From contig OY771506.1 in the NCBI GenBank assembly GCA_963674705.1, forward strand, positions 2,304,001 to 2,368,000: a stretch of 64,000 bases of DNA. Direction: 5' to 3'. Position numbers and translations under genes: made by a program. This stretch comes from Phycisphaeraceae bacterium (lineage in GTDB: Bacteria > Planctomycetota > Phycisphaerae > Phycisphaerales > Phycisphaeraceae). Positions 39,069 through 48,863 of the stretch are shown here, piece by piece. The first letter of the stretch is position 1, and every line of letters begins with the position of its first letter. Under the pieces are notes generated by a model. It had not been told where the DNA came from. It saw only the letters and a list, made by a program, of their open reading frames with translations, and did not search any database.

Positions 39069-40424
39069 ATGACCAACGATCTATTTGACACCAATCAAAG
39101 CTTTACCGATCTCGGCCTGCGCAACAGCGTCGTGAAAGGCCTCACTGAAGTCGGTTTCGAGCATCCAACCGATATCCAGGCCCGGCTCATCCCCGAGGTC
39201 CTCGCGGGCAACGATGTGATAGGCCAGGCACGCACCGGTACCGGTAAGACCGCGGCCTTCGGCCTGCCCGTTTTTCACATGGCTGATCCCGATATCAGCA
39301 TGCAGGCGCTTGTTCTGACACCTACCCGTGAACTGGCGACCCAGGTCGCCGCCGAACTCGATGTCCTCGGCAAGTACACCCCGATTAAAACCTCATGCAT
39401 CATCGGCGGCGAATCCATGCGGGCACAGAAAAAGTCCGTCGAAAGCGGTGGTCACATCATCGTTGGCACGCCCGGCCGTGTGATGGACCTGTTCGGCCGA
39501 AAGCAGATCCACTTCGATGATATCCGCTTCGTCATCCTCGACGAGGTCGACCGTATGCTCGACATCGGCTTCCGTGAAGACATCAAGAAGATCCTTCGCA
39601 ACGTCAAGCGTGAACACCAGACGGTTTTCGTTTCTGCCACAATCGATGACGAGATCGAAGCGCTCGGCCGATCCTACATGAAGACGGATGCCAAGAAGAT
39701 CACCACCGTGTCCGGCTCATTGACGGTTTCGATGGTGGATCAAAAATACCTACCCGTCGAGCCGTGGGACAAACGAGCGCTGCTGTTGCACTTACTTATA
39801 AATGAGAAGCCCGACACAACCGTCGTGTTCTGCAAGACCAAGGCAACCGTTCACAAGATCACCAAGTACCTGCGCGAAAAGAATGTCGGCGCCCGTGAAA
39901 TCCACGGCGACCTGCACCAGCGCAAGCGCAACCGTGTCATGGATTCGATGCGCCAAGGCAAGCTCGATGTGCTGATCGCTTCCGATCTGGCCGCACGCGG
40001 GCTCGATGTTGAGCATATCACGCACGTTATCAACTACGACCTGCCGGAGGATCCCGAGGTTTATGTCCACCGTATCGGCCGGACCGCGCGAGCGGGTCGG
40101 CGCGGGATCGCATGGAGCTTTGTCAGCCCCGACCAGGGCCAACTCTTAACCGAGATCGAAAAGTTGTCCGGTGCTTTGATCGAGAAACTGGACTACCCCG
40201 ACTTCAAGCCCGGCCCGATCCCCCAGGACATTAAAGAACTGCGTGATGCCGAAGCTCGCCGTACATCCGCGCCCGCCCGTACGCTCGAATCCCGCGCCGG
40301 TAGCGCCATCGACACCTCCGGCTATACCGAAGCAGAACTCAAAGCCATGTTCCCCGATGGCAACATACCCAAGAACCTGCCTAAGAAAGGCCTGGGCGGG
40401 AAGTTCCGGACACGCAGAGGATGA
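39069..40424 (+). CDS. DEAD-box RNA helicase
   Basis: Q motif, ARTGTGKT, PTRELA, TPGR, DEVD, SAT, ARGLD and HRIGRTAR. Confidence 0.93.
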   Translation: MTNDLFDTNQSFTDLGLRNSVVKGLTEVGFEHPTDIQARLIPEVLAGNDVIGQARTGTGKTAAFGLPVFHMADPDISMQALVLTPTRELATQVAAELDVLGKYTPIKTSCIIGGESMRAQKKSVESGGHIIVGTPGRVMDLFGRKQIHFDDIRFVILDEVDRMLDIGFREDIKKILRNVKREHQTVFVSATIDDEIEALGRSYMKTDAKKITTVSGSLTVSMVDQKYLPVEPWDKRALLLHLLINEKPDTTVVFCKTKATVHKITKYLREKNVGAREIHGDLHQRKRNRVMDSMRQGKLDVLIASDLAARGLDVEHITHVINYDLPEDPEVYVHRIGRTARAGRRGIAWSFVSPDQGQLLTEIEKLSGALIEKLDYPDFKPGPIPQDIKELRDAEARRTSAPARTLESRAGSAIDTSGYTEAELKAMFPDGNIPKNLPKKGLGGKFRTRRG

Positions 40425-40433
40425 GGTATTTAT

Positions 40434-40485
40434 GATTTGTGATTGATGATGAAGGATTAGCAAAACAAATCATCAATCACAAATC
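40434..40485. repeat. Perfect 17-bp inverted repeat built from heptamer-like units (possible bidirectional terminator)
   Basis: GATTTGTGATTGATGAT ... ATCATCAATCACAAATC between convergent genes. Confidence 0.8.
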
Positions 40486-40489
40486 TCAC

Positions 40490-41092
40490 TTACTTCTTCT
40501 TGACGATTGCGCGCCAACCCGTCACCGGCCCAGGTGTTTCGGGTCTGCGATTCATCACGGTTTGTCGCACATCTTCGATCACGATCACCGCATCTTCGTC
40601 ACAGCCTTTGATAATCTTCACGATCTGGTTGGTTTTCTTTCGTGGAGCGATGGCAAAACACATCGCGACCTCGCCCTGCATGCCACGAGCTGGGATCTCT
40701 GTCACCATGTAGTCCGCCATGCGTAGCGCCATCGCGACTGAGTGGCTGTAGTGTTTGCTGATGGCAATAATCCGTTGCTGCCCGATCGCCAGCATCCCCT
40801 CGATCCAGATGCCCACCGCATTGCCCATCGCGAATCCCGCCCCGTAGGAAATGATCTTGACAAGATTAGGATGCGCCAGCACGCCCGATACCGCGGACAC
40901 CCAGACGATCACCTCAATAAACCCAAGACCTGCCGCAGTCCATCGTCGGCCGCGCACGACAAAGATCGTGCGGACTGTGCCCACCGACACGTCCGTGATG
41001 CGCGCAAGAATAATAAAGAGCGGCCAAAAGACCGGGTACGTATCAAGCCATTCGGTGACGTGCTGCATCCGCGTATCGTCGCATAACGCCAC
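40490..41092 (-). CDS. DUF5698/DUF2179 (YebE-like) membrane protein
   Basis: ARITDVSVGTVRTI, GFIEVIVW, YGAGFAMGNAVGI and C-terminal D.DAVIVIEDVR. Confidence 0.82.
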   Translation of the reverse strand: MALCDDTRMQHVTEWLDTYPVFWPLFIILARITDVSVGTVRTIFVVRGRRWTAAGLGFIEVIVWVSAVSGVLAHPNLVKIISYGAGFAMGNAVGIWIEGMLAIGQQRIIAISKHYSHSVAMALRMADYMVTEIPARGMQGEVAMCFAIAPRKKTNQIVKIIKGCDEDAVIVIEDVRQTVMNRRPETPGPVTGWRAIVKKK

Positions 41093-41194
41093 AGGATCGC
41101 AACACGGCGCAAATGGCCGCCCGATTTAATATCACCGGCACCGGATACGCAATCCCACCAAGGGCTAATTACTATCGATTTCCCACACCTCAAA

Positions 41195-41304
41195 GCCGGT
41201 CCTGAGCGAAGCGAAGGGGCGGGTGACTTAAATGTTCAATCTTCAAACTGCAATGTTCAATCTGAAGTCCGTGCTAACAGCTAATGGCTAACGGCTAAAG
41301 GCTC
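41195..41304 (-). repeat. Composite intergenic element, copy D (reverse orientation, modules rearranged)
   Basis: Core on the minus strand at 41195-41224, TTCAA-type heptamers at ~41231-41262, and a (TTAGCCA)-type module on the minus strand at 41271-41304. Confidence 0.8.
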
Positions 41305-41307
41305 ATA

Positions 41308-41919
41308 TCACGCCCACATAATCACGCCGAACATCGCGACCCATACCACCGCCAGGAAGTGCCAGAACAGACACATCTGTTTCAACCTTGCCCCGCCGTG
41401 TTCATCAGCGATCTGCGTGTACTTCTTCTTGCTCAGCACGAGCAATCGGCCGATTCCAACAAGCACATGCAGGCCGTGCAGACTCACCAGTGCAAGCACC
41501 AGCACGTAAGGGGTCGCCTGCACGCCCTCAAGCCCGTGGTGCCCCTGCACCAGCTTCACCAGGCCAGGGACCTGTAGCAGCAGGAAAATAATCCCCAGCA
41601 CGGTCGCCAGACGCAGTGCCTGCTTTGCCACCGTCACCCGTCCCATCCTCGCTGAGAGGTACGACCAGTGCAGCGTCACGCTCGAGACAAGAATGAAGAA
41701 CGTGCTGAACCAGAACCACACCGGCACCGGCGGGCTCGGTACATCCGACTTCATCCGCGTCACCGTGTACCCGAATAGCAGCCACGCGAACGCCACCGTC
41801 AGTCCGGCAGTGAACAGCCACGTGCCCAACGTTCCCGCGCCCGGTGGGGCCTTGAACGTTTCCAATGCGCCTTGTTCCGGATTATCCGCCTGTGTAGAGG
41901 TGAGGTCGGCAGTGTCCAT
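41308..41919 (-). CDS. Heme-copper oxidase subunit III-like membrane protein
   Basis: GTWLF, ST..LVSS.TLH, LG..FL..Q, LHGLHVLVG and FWHFL..VW motifs; GGAGG RBS. Confidence 0.75.
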   Translation of the reverse strand: MDTADLTSTQADNPEQGALETFKAPPGAGTLGTWLFTAGLTVAFAWLLFGYTVTRMKSDVPSPPVPVWFWFSTFFILVSSVTLHWSYLSARMGRVTVAKQALRLATVLGIIFLLLQVPGLVKLVQGHHGLEGVQATPYVLVLALVSLHGLHVLVGIGRLLVLSKKKYTQIADEHGGARLKQMCLFWHFLAVVWVAMFGVIMWA

Positions 41920-41986
41920 GGCAAACCTCCAAGTGAATGAGGGTGTTCTTAACCGCATTATATCTTAATTTTCTCGCCTAGCCACG

Positions 41987-42013
41987 AAAAAACCCACGAC
42001 GTTATTCGTGGGT
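41987..42013 (-). terminator. Intrinsic terminator after the anti-sigma gene
   Basis: ACCCACGA-6 nt-TCGTGGGT with an adjacent A-tract (U-tract on the minus strand). Confidence 0.7.
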
Positions 42014-42048
42014 CTCGATTGCTAAATAGCATATGAATTGTGGGTTAT

Positions 42049-42870
42049 TCAACTCTTAACCGGCGCCACCACACGTAGCGGGCCCGCGGACACCACCACG
42101 CCGCCCGGCTTCTCGACCGTGATCGCAAAGACTGTTGGCTTGTTGACGTGCAGTTTTGCATCGATTGGGACGATCACTTCACCATCTTCATTGACATCGA
42201 ACACGCCGCCGTCCACCGGGTGACTGTCGACATCAGGATCGACGATCCAGAGCTGGTACTGTTGCACATCCGGGTCATTGACGGGCATGCCGACCAGGCG
42301 CATGTATCCTTGCTGTTTGTTATCCGACCAGACGACGTCGCCCTTGACCTGGCCATAGACCGGGTCATCAGATTCGACCCATACGCTGCGGATCAAATCA
42401 TCGGCTTGTGTCAGCAACTGCTGGCGTTGGGACGCGAAGCCGGAAGGCGTCTGATTGACCGACATCGCCAGCCACGCCGTTACTGAGATCGCGAGCACGG
42501 CCGCTGCTGCGAGCCAGCCCCACGCCGGATGATGCAGCCCGCTCGATGTCTGGGCTTGATGTTTCTTGAACGATAGGGCAGGTGCTCGATCTGCTGTATC
42601 CGACTTCGACGCTATTTTCGCTTCACCCACCGCGATCAACTTCTCGCTTAGGGATTCGGGCATCGGTTCCAATTCGATTTCAGCCTGCATATCAAACACC
42701 TGATAAGCCGCCGCGGCCGCCAGTTCCAGCTCCTCCAGGTCCTCGCCCGATTCCGCCAGTTCGATCAAGGCATCCAGTTCTTCAACTTGTGATACGTCCA
42801 GCCCGGCTCCGGCCTGTTCAGCCAGCAACTCAAGCAGCCGTTCCTCATGGTTGTGTGCATGGTTTGTCAT
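42049..42870 (-). CDS. RskA-like anti-sigma factor
   Basis: Single TM (WLAAAAVL), QYQLW, PVDGGVF and FAITVEKPGG motifs; start overlaps the sigma gene stop. Confidence 0.85.
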   Translation of the reverse strand: MTNHAHNHEERLLELLAEQAGAGLDVSQVEELDALIELAESGEDLEELELAAAAAYQVFDMQAEIELEPMPESLSEKLIAVGEAKIASKSDTADRAPALSFKKHQAQTSSGLHHPAWGWLAAAAVLAISVTAWLAMSVNQTPSGFASQRQQLLTQADDLIRSVWVESDDPVYGQVKGDVVWSDNKQQGYMRLVGMPVNDPDVQQYQLWIVDPDVDSHPVDGGVFDVNEDGEVIVPIDAKLHVNKPTVFAITVEKPGGVVVSAGPLRVVAPVKS

Positions 42871-43430
42871 GCCGACACCTCGCTTCCCATGACCGTGTCT
42901 GCCTGGATCGCTTCACGGAGTTTGATTAGCCCCCGCCGGGCATGGGTCTTCACCGTCCCGAGCGGGATCCTTAACTTCTCTGCGATCTGCGAATGCGTCA
43001 GACCGCCACAGATCGAATGCTTGATGACCTGCTGTTGTGCTTCGGGCAGCGTGCGCATCGCGTTTTTTGCTTTGCGTACGGTCTCGTCCTTCTCAAGCTT
43101 GTCTGAATCCGATTCGGTGACTTCACTGGAAGCATCCAACGGTACGGTTGGCACCTGTCTGCCTTGTTTTCGTAGCCGATCAATCAGACGCCGTCTTGCG
43201 ATCATCACCACGAACGTCTTTTCCGATGCCTTGCTTGGATCGAATCGTGCCGCCTTCTCCCATAGTTCAACAAAAACGTCCTGTACAGCGTCCTCCGCCT
43301 CGGTCCGACTAGGGCTGTATCGCCTGGCCAGCGACCAGAGCAGCGACTTGTACTGAACAACAAAAACGCGCACCGCGGACTTATCGCCCGCGGCTACGCG
43401 CTGTAATGTTGTTGACACGGTCTCGGTCAA
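42867..43430 (-). CDS. ECF sigma factor (SigK-like)
   Basis: AEDAVQDVF.ELW.KA.RFD region 2 and GLTHSQIAEKL.IPLGTVKT region 4; TTG start 7 nt after GGAG (the ORF extends to 43514). Confidence 0.9.
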   Translation of the reverse strand: MTETVSTTLQRVAAGDKSAVRVFVVQYKSLLWSLARRYSPSRTEAEDAVQDVFVELWEKAARFDPSKASEKTFVVMIARRRLIDRLRKQGRQVPTVPLDASSEVTESDSDKLEKDETVRKAKNAMRTLPEAQQQVIKHSICGGLTHSQIAEKLRIPLGTVKTHARRGLIKLREAIQADTVMGSEVSA

Positions 43431-43523
43431 GTTTCTGCTCCGTGGCCCGCCTGACTGTCGCATGCTCCTGTCAATAAGCATGCTTGTGTGACTGGCTAAT
43501 GATAGGCTGGCCATTGTGAAGTC

Positions 43524-44540
43524 TTACTCGCTACGCATGGTCATGGCGCTGTTCGCACCGGCGTTGGCGGACTTGGCTTCCGGCAGGATCACCTTGTTGA
43601 TCACATGAATCACGCCGTTGCTCGTGTCAATGTCCGCAGAGACAACTTGTGCGTCGTTCACATAGATCTTACCGTCTTCGGAGCGGGTCGTGATGCTCTG
43701 GCCTTGAAGCGTGTCCACGGTAGCGCCCTTCGCGGCCGTATCGGAGAAGACCCGGCCAGGCACGACGTGGTACTTGAGTACCGCCGTGAGTTTGTCCTTG
43801 TTCTCAGGCATCAGCAGGCTCTCGACCGTGCCCTCGGGCAGTGCCGCGAATGCTTCGTCGGTCGGGGCAAAGACCGTGAATGGCCCGTCGCTCTGTAGCG
43901 CCTCAAGCAGGCCCGCAGCCTTCAGTGCCGCAGCCAGTGTGTTGAACGAACCGGCTTCTACCGCTGTTGCAACGATGTCGCTGCTGCTCGGCAAAATGAC
44001 CGAATCGATCACATGCACCGTACCGTTGCTGGCCTTGATGTCGGTCGCGACGATCTTAGCGCCATCGATGAAAGCGCCATTATCGTTGACCGTAATGTCT
44101 ACACGCTGTCCATTGAGTGTGTCCAGAGCGTCTGCCTTGGTCACTTTCTTAGCCTTGAGGTCTCCCGGTACGACGTGGTATGTCAGGATCGAAGCGAGCA
44201 CGGCCTTGTTCTCGGGCTTGAGTAGTTCCTTGATCTTCGCATCACCTAGCTTGGCGAAGGCTTCGTCGCTGGGGGCGAAGACTGTGATCGGTCCGTCACC
44301 CTTCAGAGCATCGACCAACCCGGCTGCCTCAGCCGCGGCGAGCAGTGTGTTGAAAGTTCCTGCTTCGGAAGCGACTTCTACGATGTCGCCACGATCTGCT
44401 TCAGCTTTGTGTGTGCTGGCGGCAGTCTTCTCGTAGCTGCTGCATTGAGCCAGGCTGGGGCTGGTAAATCCTGCGATCGCCAGGCCTGCAATAGCCGCAA
44501 CGAGCGCACCGGTAGTGTTGTTCTTCATAAACATTTTCAT
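43524..44540 (-). CDS. Secreted protein with two fasciclin (FAS1) domains
   Basis: Signal peptide; two repeats of TVFAP.DEAF...YHVVPG...NG.VHVI..VILP. Confidence 0.92.
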   Translation of the reverse strand: MKMFMKNNTTGALVAAIAGLAIAGFTSPSLAQCSSYEKTAASTHKAEADRGDIVEVASEAGTFNTLLAAAEAAGLVDALKGDGPITVFAPSDEAFAKLGDAKIKELLKPENKAVLASILTYHVVPGDLKAKKVTKADALDTLNGQRVDITVNDNGAFIDGAKIVATDIKASNGTVHVIDSVILPSSSDIVATAVEAGSFNTLAAALKAAGLLEALQSDGPFTVFAPTDEAFAALPEGTVESLLMPENKDKLTAVLKYHVVPGRVFSDTAAKGATVDTLQGQSITTRSEDGKIYVNDAQVVSADIDTSNGVIHVINKVILPEAKSANAGANSAMTMRSE

Positions 44541-44598
44541 CTCCTGATTCGATTGTCGTTGTTAGTGCCAAACCCGCTTGGGATGGCTGTCGGGTATA

Positions 44599-44627
44599 TA
44601 TTCGCTCGCATCACCCGATCGGATTCA
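44599..44627 (-). promoter_or_regulatory. Putative SigK-type ECF promoter of the fasciclin-sigma-antisigma operon
   Basis: Minus strand reads TGAATCC-16 bp-CGAATA, resembling the ATCC/CGAA elements of SigK-like promoters. Confidence 0.5.
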
Positions 44628-44797
44628 AGCAACCCTAAAAATCTCTGCCTTTGGCCGGGCGAGTGTATCACATCAAAATTTCATAATAACTACGCATTTT
44701 GGCTGTCATAATCCCATTCGGCCCCCGACTTCATGGGTAACACCGGTGAGTTGCCGGTGAAGTCACAAACAAACACACGTAATGAGTGGGGTTAATC

Positions 44798-45109
44798 ATG
44801 GAAAAGACAAATACTTACAAGAAATTATTCATCGCTGGCTCGGTCACGATCTGTGCCGCGTTGGGGTTTTATCTGGCCGCTGACCAGCTCGTGCCGATGG
44901 CGGACACCGCGTTACGCTCGGTCTTTGCCCCGATCCCGGTGCTCTGGATCGCGGCTGGCACGATCACCGCTTTGACGCCCGTCATTACCGGAGTCGCAGG
45001 GGGCCTGATGGCCCGCAAATTCAGCCGACGTCGACCCAAGCCAGCCTCCGAACCGACCAGGCAGCACCAGCATAACTTCGATCCCATGCCCATTGGGACC
45101 GCCGCCTGA
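44798..45109 (+). CDS. Small hypothetical membrane protein
   Basis: Two hydrophobic segments and a basic tail; fills the intergenic space. Confidence 0.55.
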   Translation: MEKTNTYKKLFIAGSVTICAALGFYLAADQLVPMADTALRSVFAPIPVLWIAAGTITALTPVITGVAGGLMARKFSRRRPKPASEPTRQHQHNFDPMPIGTAA

Positions 45110-45227
45110 TTTAAGCAATTATTTGGCGGGTATTTGCTCGAACCAGCCTAGACACACAATCCTCCCAGCCGGGTCGGGCGACCCCTGACGTTGCCCCGGC
45201 CCGGTCAGTCGTTATCATGATCCGCCT

Positions 45228-46112
45228 ATGGCAAGCGGAACACGTGAAATCAAGGGCCGGATCAAAGCAGTCGGGAATATCCAACGCATCACCAAGACGA
45301 TGCAGATGATTTCCACTGCTCGTTTCCAGGCGATGCAGAAACGGGCGACCGAAGCCCAGCTCTATACCCAGCGGATCAGCGAGATCGTCAGCGAACTCGC
45401 CGCCACACTCAGCCAGTCCGGCGAGGTGTCCGATCCACTACTCAGTGCGCCAAAACCCCCGGTCGGCAAGCAACTGATCCTCGTCATCAGTTCCAACCGC
45501 GGACTCTGCGGCGGCTACAACGCCAACCTGCTCCGCACCGCCATCGCCGAAATCAGGAACGCTCAGAACGCCGCCGTCGAAGTAGTCGGCAAGAAAGCCA
45601 ACAGCTACTTCAAGTTCACAGGCATTCAAGTTGACTCGTTCCACAGCCACATCGACGACAAGCCGGAATACGCCGATGTCGAGCGTCTGGCTGAGCAATA
45701 CATGCACGACTTCACCGAGGGTAAATACGACTCGGTCAAGGTGATCTACACCGCATTCGTGACGATGTCCCGCCAGGAACCTCGCGTGCGCCAACTGCTC
45801 CCGATGGAGCCGCCAGCTGCGGAAGAAGGCGAAAAGAAAGCCGCTGGCCCTGAGATTGTTTATGACTTCTCACCCGAGCCGGAAGAACTGCTGGCAGAGC
45901 TTCTGCCTATTACAGTCAAGACCAGCCTTTTCCAATGCTTCAACGAAGCGACCGTAAGTGAGCAGCTCTCACGCATGATCGCCATGAAGGCCGCGACCGA
46001 CGCCGCCGGCAAGATGCAGAAGTCGCTCAAGCGCAAGTTCAACCGCGCTCGCCAGACGGCCATCACCACGGAACTGAGCGAAATCATCAGCGGCGCCGCG
46101 GCATTAGGATGA
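45228..46112 (+). CDS. atpG: ATP synthase F1 gamma subunit
   Basis: IKGRI..V.NIQRITKTMQM, SSNRGLCGGYN, SEQ.SRM.AM.AATD and NRARQTAITTEL.EIISGA motifs. Confidence 0.96.
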   Translation: MASGTREIKGRIKAVGNIQRITKTMQMISTARFQAMQKRATEAQLYTQRISEIVSELAATLSQSGEVSDPLLSAPKPPVGKQLILVISSNRGLCGGYNANLLRTAIAEIRNAQNAAVEVVGKKANSYFKFTGIQVDSFHSHIDDKPEYADVERLAEQYMHDFTEGKYDSVKVIYTAFVTMSRQEPRVRQLLPMEPPAAEEGEKKAAGPEIVYDFSPEPEELLAELLPITVKTSLFQCFNEATVSEQLSRMIAMKAATDAAGKMQKSLKRKFNRARQTAITTELSEIISGAAALG

Positions 46113-46126
46113 TCCGTACCCCCGTT

Positions 46127-46172
46127 TAGCGGGCGAGCTTGCTCGCCCATTGCGGCGCAAGCCCTGCGGCTA
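46127..46172. repeat. REP-like palindrome (TAGC-stem-CTTG-stem)
   Basis: TAGC GGGCGAGC TT GCTCGCCC between the convergent atpG and mutL. Confidence 0.55.
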
Positions 46173-46184
46173 TCACCATCATTA

Positions 46185-48065
46185 TCAAGTCCGCCCGAAC
46201 TGTTTTTCCAGATCCTTCAGGCTCAGCCGCAGCGTTGTCGGCCGGCCGTGCGGGCAGTTACTGGAACGTTCGATCTCCTGTCGCTTGGCCAGTAACGCAG
46301 AAAGCTCTTCTTCGGTCATCTTGTCCCCGGCTTTGACCGCCGCTTTGCACGACATCATGTCCAGCACTTCGTGTAGCGCCGCTTCTTCCGCGTTCGGGTT
46401 GCTGATATCCAACTGACCCGACTCGGCCTTATGGACAAGATCATTGATGAAAGGCTCTGGCTCAACGTTACGTTCAAACAAAAACGATGGAAACGCCTGC
46501 ACCGCCACCGCGTCCGGCCCGACCGAACCCAACTCGACGCCAATCTTCGCAAGCAGCGGCTGCATCTCTTCAAGCATCGCTTGCTTTTCGGCGTCCGCAT
46601 CCAGAATCACCGGCATCAGCAGACGTTGACTTTCCAACGGCTTGCCCTCACCCAGCACACGCTTACGCAAAGTCTCAAACATCACACGTTCATGCAGCGC
46701 GTGCTGATCAACAATAACTAATCCATCATCATCCTGGGCTACCAGGTAGCTTTTGTGCACCTGAAGAACGGACTGAGACCTGAGGGGTGATGCCTGGCTG
46801 GGTGTGTCAATGGTGGGGGGGATGAGAGGTTCCTCTTCATCGTTAATTGCTGACGGGTCCTCTTCCACCAGCGCCTTGCGCACTTCCTGATAGGCAAAAC
46901 CCTTCTGCTTCGGGTCCATCCGCTTGAAGAAGTCGACGAACGCGTCGGTGGTCACCTGAGGCGAAAGGTTTGAATCTTGAGCTGTTGGAGACAGGCTTGA
47001 GTCTTGGGGTTTGAAGCTCGGGTAGTTGCTGAAACTGGCCGAGGGCGTCAGGTCACCGCCTAATAAACGTTGACGTACCGCCGAGAGCACCAGCCCGTGT
47101 ACATGCGATGGATTGCGGAAACGCACCTCCGCTTTCGTTGGGTGTACGTTCACATCCACCGCGTGCGGATCGATCTCTAACAGCACCACCGCCACCGGGA
47201 ACTTATCCATCGGCATCAACCCACGGTACGCTTCCTTCACCGCGTGTGTCAGGTTGCGGTCCTTGATCGGTCGGCCGTTCACGCAAAGGTACAACCCCTT
47301 GCCCGTCTGACGTGCAATCGAAGGCTGTCCCGCCAAACCCCACACCCGCGCGCCGCCACGGTCCGGCAAATCGATGTGCTCAAACTCCATGAACGCATCT
47401 TCGCTGTCCTTACCGCCGAGCAATTGCGAGCAGCGCTGCGCCCGGTCGTCGTCGGTCGGCATGTCGTACGTCGTCTTGCCGTTGTGCGATAGTTTGAACG
47501 CAACGCCGTGATGCACCATCGCGATGCGCGTCAGTGTGTCATTAATATGGCCGAACTCGGTCGGCGCGGTCCGCAGGAATTTTCGACGTGCCGGTGTATT
47601 GAAGAACAGGTCACGCACCTCAATCACCGTGCCCGGCGAACCCGCGCTCGGTGTAACCTCACTCACCTGGTCGCCCACAACCTCCAGCGCCGCTGCCGCC
47701 TCATCCGTCTGCCCCTCGCGCGTCGCCCGGCTGGTGATCTTCAACCGACTCACGCTCGCGATCGATGCCAGCGCTTCACCGCGGAAACCCAGCGTTCCGA
47801 TCGCCGCGAGTTGTTCGGCCGCGGTCAGCTTGCTCGTGGCGTGTGGCTCAACCGCCAGCGTCAACTCCTCCGGCGGGATACCCGTGCCGTTATCGCTGAT
47901 ACGGATCAGTTGCCGTCCGCCGTCCTCCACCGCGACTTCGATCCGTGTCGCCCCCGCATCGAGGCTGTTTTCCACCAGTTCCTTCACGACAGACGCGGGC
48001 CGTTCAATCACCTCCCCCGCGGCGATCTGATTGATGAGCATTTTGGGCAACTTACGAATCGGCAT
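46185..48065 (-). CDS. mutL: DNA mismatch repair protein MutL
   Basis: NQIAAGEVIERPASVVKELVENSLDAG, GFRGEAL, DVNVHPTK, DQHALHER, SCKAAVK and CPHGRP motifs. Confidence 0.97.
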   Translation of the reverse strand: MPIRKLPKMLINQIAAGEVIERPASVVKELVENSLDAGATRIEVAVEDGGRQLIRISDNGTGIPPEELTLAVEPHATSKLTAAEQLAAIGTLGFRGEALASIASVSRLKITSRATREGQTDEAAAALEVVGDQVSEVTPSAGSPGTVIEVRDLFFNTPARRKFLRTAPTEFGHINDTLTRIAMVHHGVAFKLSHNGKTTYDMPTDDDRAQRCSQLLGGKDSEDAFMEFEHIDLPDRGGARVWGLAGQPSIARQTGKGLYLCVNGRPIKDRNLTHAVKEAYRGLMPMDKFPVAVVLLEIDPHAVDVNVHPTKAEVRFRNPSHVHGLVLSAVRQRLLGGDLTPSASFSNYPSFKPQDSSLSPTAQDSNLSPQVTTDAFVDFFKRMDPKQKGFAYQEVRKALVEEDPSAINDEEEPLIPPTIDTPSQASPLRSQSVLQVHKSYLVAQDDDGLVIVDQHALHERVMFETLRKRVLGEGKPLESQRLLMPVILDADAEKQAMLEEMQPLLAKIGVELGSVGPDAVAVQAFPSFLFERNVEPEPFINDLVHKAESGQLDISNPNAEEAALHEVLDMMSCKAAVKAGDKMTEEELSALLAKRQEIERSSNCPHGRPTTLRLSLKDLEKQFGRT

Positions 48066-48111
48066 CGGGGTATCGTAGCACGCCTAAGCGGCCAGCGATA
48101 TACTCCCGAAC

Positions 48112-48753
48112 ATGAAGTTAAAACCCGGCTCTACCGTCCTTTTTCAGGGTGATTCCATCACCGACGCCAACCGCGATCGCAACCTGAAAACCCCCAATGA
48201 ACCCGCCGCCCTCGGACACGGCTACGTCTTCCACGTCTCCGCCGAACTGATGTTCAAGTACCCCGATCTGGATCTTAAGTTCTACGATCGCGGCATCAGT
48301 GGCGACAAGGTCTTCCAACTCGCCGACCGCTGGAAAGAAGACTGCCTGGACATCAAGCCCCACGTCCTCAGCATCATGGTCGGCATCAACGACTACTGGC
48401 ACCTGCGCACCAGCGGCTATGGCGGAACCATCGAAGATTATGAAACCAGCTACGATAATCTTCTAGAACGCACGCACACCGAGCTGCCCGATGTGCAATT
48501 CATCCTCGGCGAACCTTTCTTATTAGAAGCCGGCGACTTCCAACCAGAACACCTCGAAGCATTCGCCGCCTATCGTCGAGCCGCACAGCGCTTAGCAAAA
48601 AAACACAACGCCATCTGGGTGCCATATCAACAGGCGTTTGATGATGCACTCAAACAAGCCCCGGGCGACTACTGGACACGCGACGGCGTCCACCCGACCC
48701 TGGCCGGCCACATGCTCATGGCCAAGACATGGCTCGATACCGTCGATCTGTAA
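48112..48753 (+). CDS. SGNH/GDSL hydrolase
   Basis: GDSITD, RGISG, GIND and DGVHP blocks. Confidence 0.92.
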   Translation: MKLKPGSTVLFQGDSITDANRDRNLKTPNEPAALGHGYVFHVSAELMFKYPDLDLKFYDRGISGDKVFQLADRWKEDCLDIKPHVLSIMVGINDYWHLRTSGYGGTIEDYETSYDNLLERTHTELPDVQFILGEPFLLEAGDFQPEHLEAFAAYRRAAQRLAKKHNAIWVPYQQAFDDALKQAPGDYWTRDGVHPTLAGHMLMAKTWLDTVDL

Positions 48754-48863
48754 AACTACTTATTTTTACAACCCTCGAGTTTTTATGCTCGCATTTTGAT
48801 GGGCCCTTGTGCTACAATCGGAGCACCGAGGATTTTTACTTCTTCACCTACAAGGGGGCACTT

